Source: Methanobacteriota archaeon
GTDB taxonomy: Archaea > Thermoplasmatota > Poseidoniia > MGIII > CG-Epi1
Direction: 5' to 3'
Assembly: GCA_029977605.1 (NCBI GenBank)
Contig: JAPOKN010000004.1
Span: 1 to 46,068, forward strand
Length of the DNA: 46,068 nt
The translations under genes were made by a program, and so were the position numbers. The notes under the pieces are model-generated. The model did not search any database and was not told where the DNA came from. It saw nothing but the letters and a program-made list of their open reading frames with translations. Of the stretch, positions 19,451 through 29,500 are shown one piece after another. Position 1 is the stretch's first letter; the number at the start of each line of letters is the position of its first letter.

Positions 19451-20341
19451 ATGAGTCAAAAGAAATCTAGACAACAAAAAAAGCCAAAATCAGAAATTAA
19501 ATTGGCTGAAGAACGTTTTCAAAGTTGTGTAGTGAAAAGAAATAATTTCAATGACGAAGCCCGCTCCCTCCGGGATGAGCGAAATGCTTTACATGATCAA
19601 AGAGGAAAGATTATGGAAGAAATTATGAAGCATAGGGAAGAAATGAAATCAAATACTTCCGCTAAAGCTAAACATCAGAAGGTAAGAAATACTGCACAGG
19701 AAAAAGCTAAACAACTAATTTCAATAAAGCAACAGAAGCGAGGAAACAAAAAAGGTGGAAAGTCTCTTACCGATACAGTTCAGGCATTACATTCAGAAAT
19801 TCTTAATTTAGAAAGAAGAAGAGAAACTACGGAAATGCCAATTTCTAAAGAGAGAGAAGTAATGGAAAAGTTAGGAATATTGAGGAGAAGTTTGGGAGAG
19901 CAAGAGAGCGAACTTGCAACTCAAGAGCATTTAAATTTAGAAGTATCTGAATTAGATGCAGAAATAGATTCAGAATTTTCTAAGGCTAATGATGAGCATA
20001 GTGAAGTTATAGTTCTGGCCAAGCTCAATAAAAAAATATACAAAAAGGTTAGTAACCTTATGAAAGAAGCTTCCCATTTATCTACAGAAGCAGATAAAAA
20101 GCATAAAGAATTTGTAAATGTTCGTAAGAAAGCTGACAACCAACATTCTAAGGCTATGGAAATGCTAGAAGCATTAAAATTGCACAGAAAAACGGCTAAT
20201 GAAGAAAGACAAGCCAGATGGAAAGTAGTTAAAGACCATAGAAAGAACATAAAGGATGAGTTGTATAATCCTAAAAAATTAGAATCTGCAGCAGATGATG
20301 CCTTACAGCAATTAATGTCTGGCGGTAAAATAAACCTTTAA
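19451..20341 (+). CDS. Archaeal coiled-coil protein (COG1340-like)
   Basis: K/E-rich heptads along the whole length, with a GGKINL-type C-terminus. Start likely ATG 19451. Confidence 0.7.
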   Translation: MSQKKSRQQKKPKSEIKLAEERFQSCVVKRNNFNDEARSLRDERNALHDQRGKIMEEIMKHREEMKSNTSAKAKHQKVRNTAQEKAKQLISIKQQKRGNKKGGKSLTDTVQALHSEILNLERRRETTEMPISKEREVMEKLGILRRSLGEQESELATQEHLNLEVSELDAEIDSEFSKANDEHSEVIVLAKLNKKIYKKVSNLMKEASHLSTEADKKHKEFVNVRKKADNQHSKAMEMLEALKLHRKTANEERQARWKVVKDHRKNIKDELYNPKKLESAADDALQQLMSGGKINL

Positions 20342-21075
20342 TGGACGCTATAATCCTCGCAGGTGGTTTTGCTAAGAGAATGTGGCCATTAACCAAGAAT
20401 AAACCTAAGCAACTTCTTAATCTTGCGGGGAAACCAATGCTTGATTATGTTTTTGATTCTTTAGATAATCTTGATTTTGAAAGAATTATTGTTTCAGTAA
20501 ATAGTTTTTTTGCACCTCAATTTCAAGAGTATTTATTGTCTAATTCTAAAGATAAGAAAATTGAATTATTTATTGAAGAAAGCACTAATGAAAACGAAAA
20601 ATTAGGCGCTTTAGGCGCTTTAAATCTTTTATTCAAAAAGAAAAAATTGGTAGGTCCAGTTTTCATAGCTGGAGGCGATAATTTGTCAGATTTTGATTTA
20701 ATAAAAATGATAGACCTGTACGAAAAATCGAATTCGGATGTTATTGGTTTATTTGATGTTGAAAATATAGAATTAGCAAAATTATATGGTATAGCTAACC
20801 TAGAGGGGAACAGGATCATTGATTTTGTTGAAAAACCTTCCTCTCCTCCATCGACGTTGGCAGCAACTGCTTATTGGCTACTTTCAGAATCAGGGATAAA
20901 TAATTTTTTTACGTACATAGAAGGCGGAGGAGATAGAGATGCAATGGGTAATTTTTTAACTTGGAACGTTAAACGCAATCCAGTATTGTCAGTATCATTT
21001 AAGGGAAGTTGGTATGATATTGGTGGTTTAGAATCTTATTCAGAGGCGCAGAATTGGTTAGAAAAAAGACCTTAG
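20341..21075 (+). CDS. Sugar-phosphate nucleotidyltransferase (single NTP_transferase domain)
   Basis: AIILAGG.A.R.WPLT...PK.L, GDN, FVEKP, WYDIG. Confidence 0.9.
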   Translation: MDAIILAGGFAKRMWPLTKNKPKQLLNLAGKPMLDYVFDSLDNLDFERIIVSVNSFFAPQFQEYLLSNSKDKKIELFIEESTNENEKLGALGALNLLFKKKKLVGPVFIAGGDNLSDFDLIKMIDLYEKSNSDVIGLFDVENIELAKLYGIANLEGNRIIDFVEKPSSPPSTLAATAYWLLSESGINNFFTYIEGGGDRDAMGNFLTWNVKRNPVLSVSFKGSWYDIGGLESYSEAQNWLEKRP

Positions 21076-21103
21076 GTTTTTTTTAGAACGGCTCTAGTGT
21101 TAA

Positions 21104-22762
21104 GTGATGACTAGTGATTTATCTATACTTGCAGAAGTTCTTGTCATCAGTTCCTTAATTATTTTATCATTAGGATATTTTTTTTCAAGCAAGAACCATA
21201 TTATTTTTGGTAAGAAGTTTCCTGTAAAAATAGGTCACAATCTGAATATTATAGGTTGGTTACTTCTAGGTTTTTTTTGGTGGATACAAGTAGAGCATTA
21301 CATTTTAATAAATGATCCAGCAAATGGTTTTTTCTGTGCATTAGCGATGCCGTTTTTCGGTTACCTGGCAATACATGAATATCTAAGTATACGTTGGAAT
21401 GCTAACTATGAACCACTCAGATGGCTAGCTGCGATGACAGTTGTTGCTGGAGGAATTTATTTTTTCGTTGAGCGAGTCCCTATTCTCTCAGGTTGGTTAA
21501 TTCAAATAGTTGCTGAACAATCAATATGGATATTAAATTCATTTGATATTCCAACATCTTTAGGTAATTTAGATTACGGTGATGGATCAAAATATTACAG
21601 GCCAGCTTCCAATCATGAAGAAGTTCAAATCGCCATTGAAGGTGATGAATGGCGTAATCCTGATTCAGTATCACTTACTATTGTATTAGCATGTACGGCT
21701 TTACAAAGTATGATAATATTTGTGGGCGGAGTTGTTTGTACTAAGGCTCCTGCAGATAGAAGATTTTATGCATTTCTTGCTACAGTCCCTGCAATTTATC
21801 TTTTAAATTTAATAAGAAATGCAGTTGTTATTTGGTTAACATATGAGCACATATGGGGGGATGAAACTTTTTTCTATGCTCACAGCGTTTTAGGGAAAGT
21901 TGGGAGTTTAATTGCCCTGGTATTTCTAGCAATAGCAGTATTTCACTTTTTGCCAGAAATGCAGGATTCCATATTAGGTGTAATTGATTTACCTCTTAGA
22001 AAGGCTCCGGATGGCTTACGAGGACTTCCTTTTGCTAAAGGTATGCCTTCCCAAGTAGCATATCTCTTAGTTACTGGCCTAGTATTATTTCCATTTGGTT
22101 TCTTTTCAAAATCAGTTGAAGAGCAAGGTTTTGATTCAAATCTTCCTCTTGAAAGCATGTATACCTTATCAATAATCTTGTTATTAGTTTCTTTCTTTTT
22201 GTTGTATTTTTACCGAGACCCTGAAAGAAAAATTGAAGCTGGAATTGTTAGTCCTGCTGATGGTCTTGTACAAAGAGCAGAAATAAAGAGTGGAATGGTC
22301 CGCCTATCTATCTTTATGAATGTACATAATGTTCATGTAAACAGGTCTCCTTTTGATGGGAAAATTTTGTCTATTAAACATAAATCTGGAGGTTACCTTC
22401 CAGCTTTTCACAAGGATTCAGATAGGAACGAACGTCTGATGACTAAGATAGAAACCTCAATTGGTGTAATGAAGGTAATTCAGATAGCTGGAGTTTTAGT
22501 TAGACGAATTGTTAGTTACGTTAAACCAGATACAGAAGTTACTAAGGGGGAAAGAATAGGCTTAATCCATTTCGGTTCTAGAGTTGATCTATCATTTGAA
22601 TCTGCAGGAATAGATATTTTAGTTAAAAAGGGAGACAGAGTATTGGCCGGACAACAATTAGCAGAATATACACCAATGTCTTCATTATCAGTTACTGAAA
22701 AGTTATTTGAGGCACCTAAGCGTATTCTGTCAAAATTACAGGCTTCCCAAAGTGATGAGTGA
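21104..22762 (+). CDS. artA-psd: Fusion of archaeosortase A (aa ~1-300) and phosphatidyl/archaetidylserine decarboxylase proenzyme (aa ~308-525)
   Basis: N half is multi-TM with IVLAC197TALQS, NLIR238N and FFYAH260..GK. C half has FYRDPER, SPADG, IFMNVHNVHVNRSP, NER, QIAG..VRRI and the FG/S492RVD self-cleavage site. One uninterrupted frame. Confidence 0.9.
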   Translation: MMTSDLSILAEVLVISSLIILSLGYFFSSKNHIIFGKKFPVKIGHNLNIIGWLLLGFFWWIQVEHYILINDPANGFFCALAMPFFGYLAIHEYLSIRWNANYEPLRWLAAMTVVAGGIYFFVERVPILSGWLIQIVAEQSIWILNSFDIPTSLGNLDYGDGSKYYRPASNHEEVQIAIEGDEWRNPDSVSLTIVLACTALQSMIIFVGGVVCTKAPADRRFYAFLATVPAIYLLNLIRNAVVIWLTYEHIWGDETFFYAHSVLGKVGSLIALVFLAIAVFHFLPEMQDSILGVIDLPLRKAPDGLRGLPFAKGMPSQVAYLLVTGLVLFPFGFFSKSVEEQGFDSNLPLESMYTLSIILLLVSFFLLYFYRDPERKIEAGIVSPADGLVQRAEIKSGMVRLSIFMNVHNVHVNRSPFDGKILSIKHKSGGYLPAFHKDSDRNERLMTKIETSIGVMKVIQIAGVLVRRIVSYVKPDTEVTKGERIGLIHFGSRVDLSFESAGIDILVKKGDRVLAGQQLAEYTPMSSLSVTEKLFEAPKRILSKLQASQSDE

Positions 22763-22765
22763 ATT

Positions 22766-23557
22766 ATGATTAATTTAAAAAAAGTATTTAGGCCATTAAC
22801 TTTGATTTCTTACGCAGATATGGCAACTTTACTAAGTGCTACTTTGGGTTTTTTAGCAATAACATACATGATTGATGGCAACGAGAAAAGTTACATTGTA
22901 GCTATGTTAATATTGCCATTTTGTGCGATTATTGACGGAATGGATGGTGCATTGGCTAGAAAATTTGGTACTAAACATCATTATGGAAAATACCTTGATT
23001 CAATTTCAGATTCAATATGTTTTGGAATCGCTCCGTCCATTTTGGTTTATTCCTTGTATTATAATTTAGATAAAGGCCCAGCAATAGATATTTTTGATGA
23101 TAACTTTGAGGTAAACTTAAGGTATAATATAGATAATATAATTGCAATTTCTTCAGCCTTATTAATCGCAATTTTAAGTATAATCAGATTAGCTAATTTT
23201 ACTATAGGTGATCAGGGTAGTAACGAATATTTTTCAGGTCTACCTTCCCCTGGGTTAACTATGTTTATAGTTGTAATTTCAATAAAGTATTCACAGATTA
23301 ATGATTATAATAATATACTAATTCCCTTATCAATTGGTTTGGTTTCACTACTAACTGCATCAACTATACCCTATGCTAAAGCTAGAAAACAATTTAAGTT
23401 TCCTATACTTTTTGGATTAATTGTACTGATAATAACAATAGTTCTTAGATATTTAGAACAAGCGTTTTGGCTCACAATATGGCCTTTAGCCTTACTTTTG
23501 TACTTAGTCTATTTTTTGCTTTTGCCGTTACTAATTTTAAACAGATATTTTGATTAG
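22766..23557 (+). CDS. pssA: CDP-diacylglycerol/CDP-archaeol--serine O-phosphatidyltransferase
   Basis: DGMDGALAR..G..LDSISDSICFGIAP, RLANF and FSGLPSP (PssA subclass II); 3 nt downstream of the psd fusion. Confidence 0.85.
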   Translation: MINLKKVFRPLTLISYADMATLLSATLGFLAITYMIDGNEKSYIVAMLILPFCAIIDGMDGALARKFGTKHHYGKYLDSISDSICFGIAPSILVYSLYYNLDKGPAIDIFDDNFEVNLRYNIDNIIAISSALLIAILSIIRLANFTIGDQGSNEYFSGLPSPGLTMFIVVISIKYSQINDYNNILIPLSIGLVSLLTASTIPYAKARKQFKFPILFGLIVLIITIVLRYLEQAFWLTIWPLALLLYLVYFLLLPLLILNRYFD

Positions 23558-26500
23558 TGTTTTCTTCTGTAAACAATTAGTGCTAGGAGCCCTACAACAG
23601 ATAAGAATGAAGGTCCAGGAAGTAAAGAGTCCTCGCCTTCAGATGCAGTTTCTTCAGATATAATATCTCCTTCGACTGTAACTGTTAGAGTAACTTGATC
23701 TAATATCTCGAAGACATACCCTCCACTTGAAGATTCACTTGCAGATAAAATATTCAGTGTGTATGTATAAGTTCCAGGCAAAACTTCCCTTGCAATAACT
23801 GCTAAAGCCCCCCAATCTAGCGTTTCACCGGCCTGAACTTTTAATGGATATAATTTAGTATCGGATGGAGAAATAGCTAATCTCCATTCTTTACTATTTT
23901 CATCAAAATAGAGATCAGTATCTTTAGTTCCATCTGGCATAATCAATTCAAGCGCCACATCTACATCCACAGTTCCTTTATTATCAATAATGAAGCCAGT
24001 AGATGCAGTTTGTATTTTAGAAGCTTCAATAGTGATTTCAAAATTTGCTGAATCTAGACATAGATTACTCAAATCAGCGAAGCAAAGAGAAACATCTTGA
24101 ATTTCTTCAATCGGAGTTTGTACGACTATGTTTGATATAGATTTTGCTAATTCATTACCATTATCATCAAAAATTAATATTTCTAATCGATATGTTGCAT
24201 CAGAAGTTCCTAATGGAACATTAATGGTTGCGCTTACAACTTTAGCTTCATCAACATCTAAATCAAATGTTGCAGGTTCTAACATAACCCAACTTCCAGC
24301 TTGACTTTCAGCAACTACTTCTATGGCCTGTTTTCCATTTCCGTCACTTAAAATATTGAATACGATGGTATCAGATTCACCGGGTGCGATTGTTCTTAAG
24401 CCAGATCCTTCTCTTCTTAGAGTTACACCGGTTTCTAATTCTTCTACTGAAACTCTGATTGTTTTATCATCTTTTGCAGTTTCGTCACCTCTTGATGTGG
24501 CTTCAACTTCAATATACACATTTCCATCATCTTGGTCATCAGGAATTGAAATTATTCCATTGACAGTAGCTTCACCATCTGCTCCAATAGTAATTCCGTT
24601 TTCTTCAAATTGGACCCATTCATTTTCATCACCTAAAACTTCAAGATCAAATGTATCGGTTTCATCTCCGTTATTGTATATTGTTACACTAAATTCTACA
24701 TCCTGTCCAGCTACAGATTCAGTGTTTGTTGGACTTACAGCTATTTCGACTTCATAGTTTGTAGGATTATCTGTCACATCTATAGTTAAATCTAAAGTTT
24801 CAGTAACGTCTCCGGCAGTCAGAATAATAGTTAGATCATACAAGTCATATTCAGCATCATCTGGTATTGTTATTTGTAGTTCTATATCTTTACTTTCATT
24901 ACTTTTCATTTCCATTTGATTTGTCATAGATCCCCAATCTTCAGCAGATCCAACCATATCAAGATAGAAGGTATCAGTTCCAGAAGCTCCGTTTTTGATA
25001 ACAATATTAAATTCTAATTTTGCACCAGGTTCACCTTCTTTATCTTGATTAAAAGTAGATATCTCAGGTAGATGAACCATTTCAACATCTAAATCAATTT
25101 CTTTATCATCATTTCTATGATTCTCGTCCTCTTTTGTAGTCTCTACAATAATTATGTATTCACCGGGATTATTACTTTCCCATTCCCATTCTAATGTTTC
25201 TTCTTCACCAGATTCTAATGGTCCTGTTATCTGTTGATTGCTAGTCCAGACTTCGTTCTCTTCAGAATCCAGAATAGTTGCTTTAACATCAATAGCGGCC
25301 TGAGTATCAGATCCATAATTTTTTATTATACTTGAAAACGAAATAGTTGAATTTTCTTTTGCGTCGCTCTCCAATTTGAGTACTTTAACTCCGACATCAT
25401 CTGCAGCTGCAGAGGCCCGTAACCAGTCGAGAGCCCTTCCTACCATGTCCTCACGATCGTTTGAAGTGTTAACCTTACCAAATGTAAAAGGAGAAACAAT
25501 TAATCTGTAATCACCATCATAATGTAAAGACATATTGAAAACCTGTGCAGCATCATCCCAGTTTTCCATTCCATCTTCCATATCGTCAGATAGATGACTT
25601 GTAGTTCCTCCGTTAGAAGTTAATTCAACATCATCAAAATACCAACCCTCATAGGCATCAATAACCCCATCTGCTCCAAATCTCCATTTTAATTTTACAT
25701 CTTCGCCTGAGAAATTTGTTAGATCAAATGTAGCTTGTACCCACCCTCCAGATTGTCCGTAGTAACCAGGTTCTCCATCTAAACCGCTAACTGACTGAGC
25801 AGGATATCCTCCATTAGGCTGTATAACTTCCCACGTTTCTCCTCCATCAGTTGTAATTTGTACGTTTCCTCCATCATAAGCATAGCTTTCACTCTCAGTA
25901 TCATAGTAGTGTTGGAATGATAGCTGGGGGCTGTTTCCAAGTGTGAATTCATCTGAAGTATAAACAGAGTAATCCCATCCATTACCATACTCTCCATCGC
26001 CTTTAGATTCATCCCCTATCCACATTGAATGAGTAGGGCTATTTGCTTTTCGATTTGGATCGCTAACAGTATCTACAATATGCCACCAATTACTTCTATC
26101 AGTATAAAATGCACCAATGGCTTCATCGTTAGGCCTTATCCAATCAGCATAGTCAGAGAAATATATGCTTGTATCTCCCATATTATATTCAGCGTCGCCA
26201 AATATCTCATCTCCGTCTACTCCAATTAGCGGATCGGGCGTTCCAACATTGTTTCTAATGTAATCAATTTTAAAATAATCATATTCAAAATCGCCGGCTT
26301 CTCTTGGCCCGTCACTTTCGTTTAATGCAGTTAAAAATTGTTGTCCCATAATCCAAAGGCTTCCGCCTTGATCCAAATATTCACTAATACATTCTTGCCA
26401 GTTAGTAGTATTTCTTTGATTATGATCGCCTTGAGTCCATATAACAACATCATAGTTACTCATCAAATCTAAAGTAGGATATGGCCCTAATTCACCGAAT

Positions 26501-29500
26501 GATCCCAGTTCACTGTCATAAGGCATGGTGTAAACATCGTAGCCTCTGCTTTCACCATCAGTAAAGTATTCCTGTAAAGCGAACTTTAGTCTATTATCTA
26601 TCTTATCTACATCGTAGTAGTTGTTATATCCATTATTTTTACCGAAGTTTGCATCAACTAATAGAACTTTATCTCCACCTTCTTGTGAATAATAGAATGG
26701 AGTTGCGGAGATGTCACTACTGTCTTCAGTTTCAGGATCATCTCTACTTGTTACAGTTACTGTAAAGGAATGTTCATTTCCAGTAGGTTCCAATGTAGGA
26801 GCAATTACAACTACAGTAAAGTTTTGACTTGAGCCTGAACTTAGATAAATAGAGCTTACATGAGAAATAATTTCCCAATCATCCTCTTGTTCAGAATCTA
26901 AACTTATGTCGTAATATCCACTATTTTCTCCAGTATTTGTGGCAGTAAAGTTGAATGCTACAGATTCACCAGATAGTACATCTTTTGCTTGTTCTTGTAC
27001 CGCTAAAGCAACATTATAGCCACTTTCGGCTATATCTATATTTTCTTCTTTTGGATTATTACCAGCTCTTTCATCTCCAGTTAATAATGTTTCGACTCTT
27101 ATTGTGTAGGTACCTTCAGGTCCACCTTCCCAGGTCCACTCTAATGTAGAATTATCTTTTGATTCAAGTGAATCAATAGTTTGAGTTTCGTTGTAAACTT
27201 CAGTACCATCGTCTCTCGTTACTGTGCCTCTTATATCAAAATCATCTTGATCATTTGTTCCAAAATTGTAGATTTCAGAAGTAAAAGTTACAGCTCTTCC
27301 TGGTTTAGCTGTGCTAGGCGAATCTAATTCTTTAGTTCCAACATCGTTAGGTATCGGTGGAAGACTATAAACTGCAAAATTATCAACATACAATCCTTCA
27401 AGTTGAGTGAAGGTATTAGATTCAAATCTAAGTCTGAATGAAACATCGTCCTCATACTCACTTACATCACTTTCAAAATAGAGCCACCCATTCTCGTCAG
27501 CTCCATCGTATTCGCTAGAGTAATCTCCATCATCGCCGGGTAAAGTTTCTAAAAGTTCCCACTCGCCGGATTGATTTATTTCTAAGTTGACAAAATCATT
27601 TGGACCGTCAATTGCAAACCATACCATTGCAGAAACATATTTTTCAGCACCATCTCCTATGTCAAACGTAGGTGATTCTAAAGAATCATTTAGTGAAGCA
27701 CTGTAAGTTTCAGTACTTGGATTTCCTAAATACCATGAATAATCTCCAGAATAGGATTTGTTGCTATAGTAATTCCACTCACTTTCAACAATGTCGGCCA
27801 TCCAATCTCCGTCGCCATCTTCAAAATCATCTTCAAAATGAGTTTCAGTTCCACTGTTAACTTCAATATTATCAATATACCATCCTTCATAGGCTTCTAC
27901 ACTTGCATCTGTTCCGAACCTAAATTTGAATCTTACATCTTGATTAGTATAGTTTGCAAGACTAAAGGATGCAGTTTCCCAATCAGCAGTATCTCCTTCC
28001 CCAGAAGTTCCAGTGTATCCTGGTTCATTATCCAATCCAACTACGGCATCATCAGGGTATCCGCCGTCAGGATTGATGACTTCCCAAGTTTCTCCGTCGT
28101 CAGTTGTAATTTGAACATTACCTCCATCCCAACTAAATTCAGTACTATACCAAATATCAACAGACATCTGTGGGTTAGTTTGACCAAGTGAAATCTCTTC
28201 ACTTGTATAAACAGAAAAATCCCAATTATTGTCATATTCACCATCTCCCTTAGATTCATCTCCAACCCACATCGCATGAGTTGGACTAGATGCTTCTCTG
28301 TTACTATCTTCGTCAGTATCGATTAAATGCCATGGATTGCTTAATGATTTGTAATTAGTCCACCCATTAACTCCGCTTTCCATGTCATCACTAAATTCAA
28401 CATCGACACTTCTCATCATTGAATCAATTATATCATTTTCTGGAACTTCATCATCATCATCTATGACTTTAGCTTCAAACCAAAAAGTTCCGTAATCATC
28501 AGTTTCCCATTCCCATGTAAGTGTTAAATCTTCACCTGGAGCTAAATCTTCAACATCTTTATTTCCTAAATTTTCAACAACGTTTCCTGCTCCATCATAG
28601 ATTTTACCACTAATTTCAGAATTCATAGTAACATCTCCACTATTTGTAACAATTACACTCATTTCTCTTTCTTCATCTTTCTCAGCGATCATTGGAGTAA
28701 CACGAGCATCTTTTACTTCTAAATCATACGTAACATAGGTATTAACTTTGATAATCTTTTCATTATTTTCCTCTTTTTCATCATTTGAAATTGTGGCCTT
28801 ACTTTTTATCTGATAAACATAGTCTTCATCATCTGGAGTATCCCATTCAAATTCAACAAAAGCACCAGTGCCTGAATCTAGTGAAATAGTTTCAGATTCA
28901 GTAAACGTGTACGAGCTATTCAAACATGTAATTTCTAACGAAACTTGAATACTATCTTGGTCTTCAGTACCTCTGTTTCTTACTGTAACATTTACAATGT
29001 TTTCAACGTTAGGTTCAACAGTCTCTTCATCTTTAGGCGTATTAAATCTGCTTAAACTTACATCATTTTCTAGTTGTTCAACAAGGTATTCAACAACGTT
29101 TTCCATAAATTCGTCCCTATCATCACTACTTGTAATAGAACTAAAATCAATAGTCATGAATACCAATTTGAATTCATCTTCAGTTCTTATGGTTGAAATA
29201 TTATAGTCTCCATTTGAACTTAAGACTTTTTCAAATCCGCTTCTAGGATTAATATCGTCTGCAAAATCTGAGCTTATCGCATCAGCATCGTATTCTATAC
29301 CATCAGAAATAGGATCATCGTCTTCACCATATACTACAGCAGGTGTTGCCCTGTCATTATCGGCATAACTAACGCCAAGATAATCGTGTTCAAAGTCACC
29401 AGCGCTACGATCACCGTCTGATGTATCAAAATCATACAAAATATCCATTCCTATAACCCACATAGCTCCTCCATCCTCTAGATATTCTGCGACATTTGAT

